36,800 nt of DNA, taken from IMG/VR virus record IMGVR_UViG_3300045596_000160, positions 1-36,800 of that record, one strand, 5' to 3'. The notes below the pieces were generated by a model, which saw only the letters and a list, made by a program, of their open reading frames with translations, was not told where the DNA came from and made no database searches. The DNA is from a virus. Position numbers and translations under genes: made by a program. Every line of letters begins with the position of its first letter. The stretch's first letter is position 1. This document shows, piece after piece, positions 6,733 through 14,024 of the stretch.

Positions 6733-6777
6733 TGGTGGGCGACGCTGGTCTCGAACCAGCGCCCTCTTCCGTGTGAA
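6733..6777 (-). other. attP core: 45-nt 3' fragment of a tRNA-Val(CAC)-like gene (anticodon loop through CCA)
   Basis: The reverse complement parses as TTCACAC (anticodon loop, CAC) GGAAG (3' anticodon stem) AGGGC (variable) GCTGG TTCGAGA CCAGC (T arm) GTCGCCC (3' acceptor) A CCA. The preceding bases (TCTGC) cannot pair with GGAAG, and no D arm or 5' acceptor is present. Confidence 0.7.
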
Positions 6778-6894
6778 GCAGAAATTTATCAATACATATA
6801 CCAGCATTTATATCTTATAGATTATCTACCTTGTGATATTACTATCCACTAGTAGATATAAGGAGTAAAATATCCACGAAACGATACAAAAATA

Positions 6895-6925
6895 GTGTCA
6901 AATATGGTGTCAAAAGTAGTGTCAA
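6895..6925 (+). repeat. attP right arm: three direct GTGTCAA repeats; the last one abuts the int2 ATG
   Basis: GTGTCAA at 6895, 6907 and 6919 (12-bp spacing). Confidence 0.6.
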
Positions 6926-8040
6926 TGGAAGGTCATTTAATGGAAGTTGGAAGCGAATTTGTTCGCAAACGTGGCAACCGCTGGCAAATGGGAATCCACT
7001 ACAGGGCTGATGCTAATGACAAATGGCACTTGAAGTCAAAAACATGCGATGCCAAAACTAAGCGTGAGGCAAAAGAATGCCTAAGGCAATGGCACACAAT
7101 CTTTGAGGCAAAGAACAGCGATACAGTGGCTATCCACGTTGCTGACTATGTAGACAAGTACATCGACCTCAAGGAGGCTTCACACGCCATTCAGCCAAAC
7201 ACTGTCGAAGGCTATCACTATGCGGCGATCTATATCCGCAAAGCGTTCGCATCCACTCCCCTAAACAGCCTCACAGCCAAAGACGTACAAAAGTGGGAGG
7301 CGTCCATACTTGCCTCCGGCAAATCTGTTGAAACCGTTATGAAGGCGCACAGGCTGCTGAAATCTGCAATGACGTATGCCGTGGAAGTCGACGATATACG
7401 TAAGAACCCAATGGCAGCGGTAAAACCACCGAAGATGGTACATCGTCGCCCCAACTCCCTCGATACTGCCACGCGCAAGAGGCTCATGGAGTCGCTCGAC
7501 ATGATGGGTAACTCCCCTGTCACGATAGCCGCGTGGATTGCACTTTGTGGCGGCCTGCGCGAGGGTGAGGTATGCGGCCTCAAATGGGATGACGTTGATA
7601 TGAAGGACGGCACGCTATGGGTCCGTCGCTCGATCGCCCACACGCGAGGCGGGACATACGTCAAGGAGCCTAAGACGGGGCGTATACGAGACGTGCCCAT
7701 CACCGCCACGCTCATGAGCCACCTCAAAGCATGGCGCGAATGCAGCACGTCAACCTATGTCATAGGGCAAGGTGCCGACTACCATAACTCAGCCATGCTC
7801 GGAAAGGAATGGCGCATTATCTCGCGGACCCTCAACCTTATCGGTACCGAGGGGAGACGCTGCACATTTCACGACCTCCGTCATACCTTCGCTACCGCAG
7901 CCATCGCGGCGGGTGTCGATGTAAAGACCGTGAGCTCAATTCTTGGCCATGCAAACGCGGCGATGACGCTCAACGTTTACGCGAGCGCGGACCCCGATGC
8001 GAAAAAACGCGCCGCTGACATAATCGAGCAGGCGATATGA
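6925..8040 (+). CDS. int: Tyrosine recombinase / phage integrase (Int2)
   Basis: GLREGEVCGL (Arg I), HDLRHTFAT (H-x-x-R), LGHANAAMTLNVYAS (His, Tyr). Start set to the first ATG (MEGHLMEV, 6925). The track's GTG start at 6895 lies inside the arm repeats. Confidence 0.9.
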   Translation: MEGHLMEVGSEFVRKRGNRWQMGIHYRADANDKWHLKSKTCDAKTKREAKECLRQWHTIFEAKNSDTVAIHVADYVDKYIDLKEASHAIQPNTVEGYHYAAIYIRKAFASTPLNSLTAKDVQKWEASILASGKSVETVMKAHRLLKSAMTYAVEVDDIRKNPMAAVKPPKMVHRRPNSLDTATRKRLMESLDMMGNSPVTIAAWIALCGGLREGEVCGLKWDDVDMKDGTLWVRRSIAHTRGGTYVKEPKTGRIRDVPITATLMSHLKAWRECSTSTYVIGQGADYHNSAMLGKEWRIISRTLNLIGTEGRRCTFHDLRHTFATAAIAAGVDVKTVSSILGHANAAMTLNVYASADPDAKKRAADIIEQAI

Positions 8041-8106
8041 GCGTAAATGTCTACTATGTTGATATTAAGTTCAGATAGCTGCTAAAAAACATTGAAGGGA
8101 TAAATA

Positions 8107-8670
8107 ATGGGGGATCATTTTAAATCTGCAACTAAAGGCAGTAAGGCAATAATGAGTGAAAAGGCAGCCCTGCACAAAAAGCATAAGCAAGAACTCTCTA
8201 CAGGTATTCATGTCACATCAGGAAAGAAGTTCATCCCGACTACTCTAGGCAGAGCAACGATGCGCCAACAAGCAGATGGACTCATTTATTTTGATAAAGA
8301 GCCCGATGTGTTTTATAAACTCATTGATTTTGAGTGGGATGGACCGAGCTATAAGACTGTTACCCATACAGACACCAAGGGAACGACGCGTGGGAGATCA
8401 AAACGCACGGGAAGGCTACTTGGAGCTGCAGTTGGAACCATGCTCGCGCCTGGTATAGGTACTGCTATCGGTGCAGGTGTTGGTACCGGTAACAAAAAGT
8501 CAAAAGGGAAAACGCATGAACACTCCGTCTCATATGACGAAGAGGTTGAAGTGAGCTCCCCGGCAGCTATCACACTTGAAAAAGTGGACACTGAAGAGAA
8601 GCTGCGCATCACCATTGATTGCAACACAAAAGTCGGAAACACCATAAAAAATATGGCGCTCTCAGAATGA
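8107..8670 (+). CDS. Hypothetical protein with a central glycine-zipper segment
   Basis: 187 aa. LLGAAVGTMLAPGIGTAIGAGVGTG has a GxxxG-type zipper. Basic flanks (RGRSKRTGR / NKKSKGK). First gene after int2, same strand. Confidence 0.6.
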   Translation: MGDHFKSATKGSKAIMSEKAALHKKHKQELSTGIHVTSGKKFIPTTLGRATMRQQADGLIYFDKEPDVFYKLIDFEWDGPSYKTVTHTDTKGTTRGRSKRTGRLLGAAVGTMLAPGIGTAIGAGVGTGNKKSKGKTHEHSVSYDEEVEVSSPAAITLEKVDTEEKLRITIDCNTKVGNTIKNMALSE

Positions 8671-8726
8671 CTCTCATTTGATAACAACAGAAATTCCATG
8701 GTAAGTCATAAAAATAAGGGTTAAAC

Positions 8727-9635
8727 ATGAAAAACGATGATGATATTTTTGACGATGAAGAAGACGACCCTTATGGCTTTCCTGGGGTGACCATTACTGC
8801 AGGAACATTGGATGGTCTCAACAAATTGCTTTCAATCCCCAAAGATAAAGTTATGGCAATAGATACAGAGACCACGGGTATAGATCCAAAAAAGGATGAA
8901 GTTCTATCCCTTTCGATAGTTGACGGAAATGGATCTGTAGTTTTTGATAGCCTCATTAAACCAGACCATAGAAAACGATGGCCAAACGCAACTAAAATAA
9001 ATGGGATAACATGGAAAGATGTCAAAGACAAGCCTACTCTGCTTGACTATAAAGACGAGCTATCAAAGCTCGCCTCAAAATGTGAGCTTGTAGTCGGATA
9101 CAACATAAAATTTGATCTTGCCATGTTATACGAAGGTGGTATCAGTGACTTCCCAAGTATAAAAAACTTCGATGTCATGGAAGAATATGCTCCCGTCCGC
9201 GGATCATGGGATGACTACCATCAAGATTATAGGTGGTGCAAGCTAAGCACCTGTGCAGGGCATTACCACATCAAATTTGATCCACATAAATCCAGCGAGG
9301 ATGCACGGGCAACCATGGAGTGTTTCTATGCTCTTCTCGCTGACGAAAAATATATAGATCCTCTAAAAGTAGCTTCTGAAAAAGAAAAAGCATCCGAAGA
9401 AAAACAAAGAGAAAATCAGAATTATAAAAACAATGAAGAACAATCTACTAAACCTAGTCAAATTAAAGATACAATTCGACTGATATTTAAACTATCCGCT
9501 TTTGCGCTAGGATTTATGGCACTTATATCGTTGCCATCAGGCAATGGGACTAGCACTTCTATATACATGGTCTTTTGTCTTATCTTTGCAGTGTTAGCAC
9601 ACGCTTTAAATACACGTAAAAGCAGTAAAAAGTAA
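8727..9635 (+). CDS. DEDDh (DnaQ/RNase T-like) 3'-5' exonuclease with a charged linker and two C-terminal TM helices
   Basis: Exo I: MAIDTETTG. Exo II: VVGYNIKFDLAML. Exo III: HKSSEDARATMECF. These are followed by EKEKASEEKQRENQNYKNNEEQ and then the hydrophobic segments LIFKLSAFALGFMALISLP and IYMVFCLIFAVLAHAL. Confidence 0.85.
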   Translation: MKNDDDIFDDEEDDPYGFPGVTITAGTLDGLNKLLSIPKDKVMAIDTETTGIDPKKDEVLSLSIVDGNGSVVFDSLIKPDHRKRWPNATKINGITWKDVKDKPTLLDYKDELSKLASKCELVVGYNIKFDLAMLYEGGISDFPSIKNFDVMEEYAPVRGSWDDYHQDYRWCKLSTCAGHYHIKFDPHKSSEDARATMECFYALLADEKYIDPLKVASEKEKASEEKQRENQNYKNNEEQSTKPSQIKDTIRLIFKLSAFALGFMALISLPSGNGTSTSIYMVFCLIFAVLAHALNTRKSSKK

Positions 9636-9975
9636 AAACACTTTATTTTAAATTTCTAAGCTTGTTGCAATTATGGTTGCTGTGTATATGAGCATGTTCA
9701 GCCGGGCTTACGATCATTATGTTTTCCGGCCTGTTGTCCATCTTTATCATGGAACCGTTAACAACAGTAACACCGTGTAGCGTAATCTAGCAGGGATTAT
9801 ACATAGCGTAACGGCAGCGACAACACCAACGAGAGTGATTAGGAACGCGCTTGGGACGCAAAAGTTGCATCCGCCTCCCAATTTCGTGACGCTACGAAAT
9901 TGGTTCTCTCCACCGCTGCCCCGGTGGGTTTTCTCCCCTTCGGTTTCCTTATATCCCGCGACTGACTTAGTCCGC
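9636..9975. other. ORF-free, GC-elevated structured stretch (candidate ncRNA or decayed remnant)
   Basis: No ORF of 60 aa or more on either strand. Perfect 10-bp hairpin CCAATTTCGT/ACGAAATTGG at 9878..9903. 6-bp hairpin CCACCG/CGGTGG at 9910..9927, followed by GTTTTCT. Candidate promoter TTGTTG-17-TATATG near 9661..9689. Confidence 0.3.
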
Positions 9976-10033
9976 TAGGGTTGGGATCTGGCCTCTATGG
10001 GGCTTACAATAAGCTGTTTAACTGGGGAAATAT
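9976..10033 (+). repeat. Imperfect direct repeat, copy A (core 9993..10030)
   Basis: The 38-nt core matches 10612..10649 at 33 of 38 positions by hand alignment, with weaker similarity about 17 nt further left. On the minus strand it retains an in-frame ..FPS-stop, like the end of gene 10637..11101 (..FPR-stop). Confidence 0.75.
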
Positions 10034-10125
10034 ATCAGCTATGACCTATCCTTGAACAATACTCATTAGGAGTAGATAATATAAATTATTTAGGTTCTAT
10101 TAACTATTAAACGGATGGAGATCAG

Positions 10126-10557
10126 ATGATCGCTAGTGGAACTTGGATTAAAGCGGAACGTAAAAAAGAAAATATGCAAGTAAGCGATCTCGCCAAACTT
10201 TCCAAATTGGACAGCGTCAGAATTGCTGAAATTGAAGAAGAAAAAAGAGTAGCTAGTCCAAGCGAAATTAAATTAATTTATAATGCGTTGGGCTCACAGC
10301 CAGAATATCCAAGACCAAAGATATGCCTCCCGCTAAATCCATTTTTAAGTGAATATTTACAGAAATATCCAGAAGAGCATGCTTGCATTGTTGGATTTAA
10401 AAAATATTTAAATAATTTTTTATATCTCTACTACGTAGGTATAAACACTAAGCATACAGAAGGGACAAGATGCGATATCGTTTTTCGCTCGACACTCAAG
10501 GAGGCTAATGACTGGAGCAGAGATCAAGGATTAACTAATTCTAGTTGCCAAAAGTGA
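10126..10557 (+). CDS. XRE-like HTH protein with an unknown C-terminal domain
   Basis: 143 aa. WIKAERKKENMQVSDLAKLSKLDSVRIAEIEEEKRVASPSEIKLIYNALG fits the HTH_3 pattern. GGAG lies before the ATG. Confidence 0.6.
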   Translation: MIASGTWIKAERKKENMQVSDLAKLSKLDSVRIAEIEEEKRVASPSEIKLIYNALGSQPEYPRPKICLPLNPFLSEYLQKYPEEHACIVGFKKYLNNFLYLYYVGINTKHTEGTRCDIVFRSTLKEANDWSRDQGLTNSSCQK

Positions 10558-10594
10558 CCCGGCAACTATAAGCTTCAAGAGTATAAAAGTTCAC

Positions 10595-10652
10595 TAAGAT
10601 TGAGATTAAGTCTCTACGGTGCTTACAACAAGCCGTTTATCTGGGGAAAGAT
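10595..10652 (+). repeat. Imperfect direct repeat, copy B (core 10612..10649); covers the last codons and 3' flank of gene 10637..11101
   Basis: See copy A. The cores start 619 bp apart. Confidence 0.75.
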
Positions 10653-11101
10653 CCTGCACGAAGTTCGACAGGGACTTTGGGCTCGTGAAGGTAACGAACA
10701 CGATTAATAATATATACTACAAGTGCTATTAAACCTACTATAAGTGCCTTTAAGGATAAGTTTACAAAAGCAATAACTACAGCAAGGGCGCAAATCGCAT
10801 ACTGAAGGACATCCCAATTGAAATCAGAACATCCAAGAAGGCATTCCTCGTAGCCTTTCGGTGTGATTTTATAACTCATATCTCTAATTTTGCCAACATA
10901 AAAATCCTTAGGTTCATCATTTTTTTTCACTATTTTTTTTAATGTCGAGACATCTTTGATGTAACCAGCATCAATAAAGCGATCTATCGCGCCTGTAACG
11001 TCATCTTTTTTTAGACTATATGTATCATCGGCGCTATTTTCATGGCGCCTAATGAGACTAGCCAGAAGGATTGTGTCGTTATATGAAAGTCTATGAGTCA
11101 T
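10637..11101 (-). CDS. Membrane-tethered protein: N-terminal wHTH-like domain plus two C-terminal TM helices
   Basis: 154 aa. ILLASLIRR...GAIDRFIDAGYIKD...YKITPKGYEE looks MarR/PadR-like. Hydrophobic segment: VLQYAICALAVVIAFVNLSLKALIVGLIALVVYII. Confidence 0.55.
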   Translation of the reverse strand: MTHRLSYNDTILLASLIRRHENSADDTYSLKKDDVTGAIDRFIDAGYIKDVSTLKKIVKKNDEPKDFYVGKIRDMSYKITPKGYEECLLGCSDFNWDVLQYAICALAVVIAFVNLSLKALIVGLIALVVYIINRVRYLHEPKVPVELRAGSFPR

Positions 11102-11300
11102 CTTTATCTCACCATTACATTTCAGAAGTCTAGGTTGAACTAGTCTCCTAGTACCATAGCTTCCAGCTTTTTTAACAAGACAGCAGCATCAAGGAGAAAC
11201 TATAGCTGCTCATTTTACTAAAGAAAAGCAACGGCTAATATTAAAGATTATTGTACATCAAATAACCTTTTATCAGCATTAGACAAAAAGTCGCTATACG

Positions 11301-11486
11301 CTATTCAATCGAGTCAAGTTCTCCTCTTGTTATAAGCTTTCCGCCTGTCATGCGGACAAGACCTGCGAGATTGTCTTGAAATTGCTTCTTAAGACTTGGA
11401 GATAGCCCGCAATTTATAAGAAGTTCACCGTGATATTTATTTTCTTCGGTGGCTTCTCTTATGTAATCAAAAAATCCGTACTGCAT
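11301..11486 (-). CDS. Hypothetical small protein (61 aa from the internal ATG)
   Basis: MQYGFFDYIREATEENKYHGELLINCGL... The track ORF extends to 11555 into GC-rich DNA that reads better on the other strand. Confidence 0.3.
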   Translation of the reverse strand: MQYGFFDYIREATEENKYHGELLINCGLSPSLKKQFQDNLAGLVRMTGGKLITRGELDSIE

Positions 11487-11664
11487 TTTTAGCCTATCTA
11501 ATCCGATCCTTGGCAAGAGGCTTGCTGTCGCAAACGCCTGTGGGGTGACGCGCAAGACGGTTGACAGATGGCTTAAGGGGACAAGAAAGCCGTCCCGCCA
11601 GATGATCTGTATGATGGCAGGGACTCTTGGGGTCCCTGTGGATTCTCTGCTGACAAAGGTGTAG
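11467..11664 (+). pseudogene. Start-less relic of a Cro/YdaS-type HTH gene in a GC-rich patch of about 210 bp
   Basis: My own translation: ..ILGKRLAVANACGVTRKTVDRWLKGTRKPSRQMICMMAGTLGVPVDSLLTKV-stop. The frame is open from 11467 but contains no ATG/GTG/TTG start before the HTH. GC composition jumps near 11515. Confidence 0.45.
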
Positions 11665-11697
11665 CTCTGCCCAGCGATCTCAATCTTGAGCTACGAA

Positions 11698-11735
11698 AGT
11701 CCTTCCCCGTTGGCAGGGAAGGACTCAACTATTTT
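11698..11735 (+). terminator. Rho-independent terminator after the HTH relic
   Basis: 10-bp stem AGTCCTTCCC (11698..11707) / GGGAAGGACT (11716..11725) with an 8-nt loop, followed by CAACTATTTTC. Confidence 0.5.
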
Positions 11736-11983
11736 CTAGAAAATTCTAGTGCAGAGCAAATAGAACAGTTGTTAGCTGCATAAAAATACAAAGTGCGTAT
11801 TCTCGAGTGATAAGAAACAAGCCGGACATTATGGTCAAGTAAATCAACAAATAAAGGATGCTTGTAGATTGGTCTTTCTTCAAGAGAGCTCACCTCGCCT
11901 AGCATGTAAATTATGTCGCTCATAAATACGAGGCTTGAATTATCGCTGCAGATACCCTTATAGTGAACTTGTCTAGGATTCAC
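11729..11983 (-). CDS. Hypothetical protein (weak call)
   Basis: 84-aa AT-rich ORF. No motif or clear SD seen. Confidence 0.3.
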   Translation of the reverse strand: MNPRQVHYKGICSDNSSLVFMSDIIYMLGEVSSLEERPIYKHPLFVDLLDHNVRLVSYHSRIRTLYFYAANNCSICSALEFSRK

Positions 11984-12013
11984 AAAGGGGAGCGTTCAAA
12001 CCCTATTGCACTG

Positions 12014-12048
12014 AGATCTCAGAGACTGCAATCTCCGAGATCTTTTTT
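12014..12048 (+). terminator. Strong plus-strand rho-independent terminator with no obvious upstream plus-strand gene
   Basis: 12-bp stem with one mismatch, AGATCTCAGAGA / TCTCCGAGATCT, and a 6-nt loop, followed by TTTTT. Confidence 0.55.
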
Positions 12049-12623
12049 ATGTACAGCGTCCTTGCTGTACAGCAGTGGATATTTTTCTCCTTCCATTCAT
12101 GCTGCCTCGTTAATATGATACACACAAATTCTTGGGGCTCTATCTACAATATCCCACAACATATTGTTAAAAGCTCGTCGAAAAGCTGTAAAAAACTAGA
12201 GGTTGTGCAGGTCGGGGCTTTATCGATAACCAATTACAGTACGGACTTTTTTTCACGAACGGCGGCGTGTAGAAACTTTGCTTCATGGCAGCAAGAAGCG
12301 ACTACTTCTAGGTTGTACAGCACAGCTACAATAGCTAAAAACATGGATGTTTTATTCAAGCACTTAATAAGTATCGTTATGCTATCGGAAAAGGCTTTCT
12401 ATACCTTGCTCTTGTCAGTCTTCTCCCGAGTCTGTCTGCTCCTATGTCTCTGTGACACTTAGCGTAAATGAGAACGGCCACGAGAGACTGAGGGAGATTA
12501 GCCTCGGAAACCGAAAGTAGAACTTGCAGGTTCAAATAAGCTGCACGAGATGTCGCGACAGGGGCATAAGTGGCTCGTAGTGGAAAAGAAGCAAAGATAT
12601 AAAAAACTTTCTAACTTCAATCC

Positions 12624-14024
12624 TCAACAATAAATTTTGCTAAAGAGCTTTCTATCTAGTTGGTTGATGCTGCCATATTCCATTCTATAGGTGAATAATT
12701 CTGATTCCAATGCGGCTGTTTCTTTATTATCACAAAAGAGATATGCACAGAGAAGATTAAGATAGATATCTGCATCAGAAAGGGAAGAACTACCGGCTAA
12801 AGCAGCACCGGCTATGGATTTGCTTTTGTCTGAAAAGAAGAGGAGCCCTTCCGTATACTTCCACAGGAGACCAAAATCTTTCTTGGTTGCCATCTCATGC
12901 CAATTAAGCTCTTCCCCTGTCAATTGAGCGGCTACTACTACTGGGAAGAGCTGATCTTCTATAAAACCTATAAGACTACTGCTAGGTCGCTCCTCAAGGA
13001 CATGTCTACTGAGGTCAATTTCAGAAATTAGCCTGTTTGTATCACGCATAGAGAGAGATTTTACATCGATAATTTCTGATATCTGTTTGTTGATTATTGT
13101 ACCATCCGCGTTAAAGTGACCGGTTTTACAAAGGTATTTATTCCCGTCGACACGATTGAGATGTAAAGGCGACAGATCGAAGAAGCGGTTCAGATAGCGA
13201 TGCGCATCGAACCCCTCGCCATAGAAGTTCCCGACAGCCTTCTCGAGCTGTGTTAGACAGGTCGAGTAGACGACGATGACCCTATCATTTCGGGAGATAA
13301 ACTTCATCTCGTCAAGTAGCCTCAGGGCGAACCTCGGTTCACAGCGGTCGAGTTCATCAACGAATAAAACAAGTCGGTCACCAACATCCTTGAGCAACGC
13401 GTCAACATATTTGACCAAGACATCCTCAAGTTTCTTGCGTTTGTCAAATGACTCTACCAAACTTTTGATACCAGAAGACTCCGCTGCTCTGCTAGCATCA
13501 TCGACCATATCTGCAGCAGCCTTCGTTGTAACACCTGCCAACGGATTTATAAGACCGACAATAGGAGAGATGAGATCAATTACACTGGACGCACGATTAA
13601 GCAAATCGCTTACACTGCTTCCAGTGGTATCGGTAGCTAGATCCAAGGGGTGCTCGGCGCACATAGTCCCGACCAGAGCAATAAGGGGGTCGGGGAAGGT
13701 GTCTACATCCCACGCGTTGAAGTAGACAGGAAGGTAGTTCTTTTCGACTTTTGGTCCAAGCGATTTTTCTTTTCCAATCAACCCAGCAAGCTCTTCATAG
13801 GACTCCTCAAGCTTGTCGTTCTCATGCTGGAGCAACATCTCGACTTGCTTGACGAAGAAGGTCTTGCCTGACCCCCATGGTCCATCTATACACAGAGAAT
13901 AGCCACCCTCTATTTCATCAAGTATTCCGATGAAGGACGCTATATCCTCGTCGCGATCTAATTCGTTATTAGTCATACTCTCGAGTAACTTTTTGCTGGT
14001 CGGCAACTCATCGATTCTCTTCAT
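12624..14024 (-). CDS. KAP-family P-loop NTPase
   Basis: 466 aa. Walker A: CIDGPWGSGKTFFVKQ. Walker B: LVLFVDELDRCEPRFALRLLDEMKFI (the hhhhDxLDRC signature typical of KAP NTPases). No TM insert was evident by eye. Confidence 0.8.
   Translation of the reverse strand: MKRIDELPTSKKLLESMTNNELDRDEDIASFIGILDEIEGGYSLCIDGPWGSGKTFFVKQVEMLLQHENDKLEESYEELAGLIGKEKSLGPKVEKNYLPVYFNAWDVDTFPDPLIALVGTMCAEHPLDLATDTTGSSVSDLLNRASSVIDLISPIVGLINPLAGVTTKAAADMVDDASRAAESSGIKSLVESFDKRKKLEDVLVKYVDALLKDVGDRLVLFVDELDRCEPRFALRLLDEMKFISRNDRVIVVYSTCLTQLEKAVGNFYGEGFDAHRYLNRFFDLSPLHLNRVDGNKYLCKTGHFNADGTIINKQISEIIDVKSLSMRDTNRLISEIDLSRHVLEERPSSSLIGFIEDQLFPVVVAAQLTGEELNWHEMATKKDFGLLWKYTEGLLFFSDKSKSIAGAALAGSSSLSDADIYLNLLCAYLFCDNKETAALESELFTYRMEYGSINQLDRKLFSKIYC

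Noticed and set aside
6733-6777. A complete tRNA gene
   Set aside because: Only positions 32-76 are present. The upstream bases cannot form the anticodon-stem 5' strand, D arm or acceptor 5' strand. I interpret it as an attP core copied from the host tRNA.
6303-6777. Integration-dependent immunity (attP core inside the repressor ORF, as in some mycobacteriophages)
   Set aside because: The attP core lies about 200 bp downstream of the XRE(+) stop codon and beyond a terminator hairpin, so integration would not truncate the regulator.
9976-10652. CRISPR mini-array or tandem ToxI-like repeats
   Set aside because: There are only two copies, imperfect (33/38), separated by 619 bp that contain a protein gene. 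No cas gene or toxin gene is nearby.
12049-12462. 137-aa plus-strand ORF as a real gene
   Set aside because: Its ATG sits in the T-run of a terminator, there is no SD, and the translation is Cys/Ser/Leu-rich and unlike a protein. I treat the region as non-coding.
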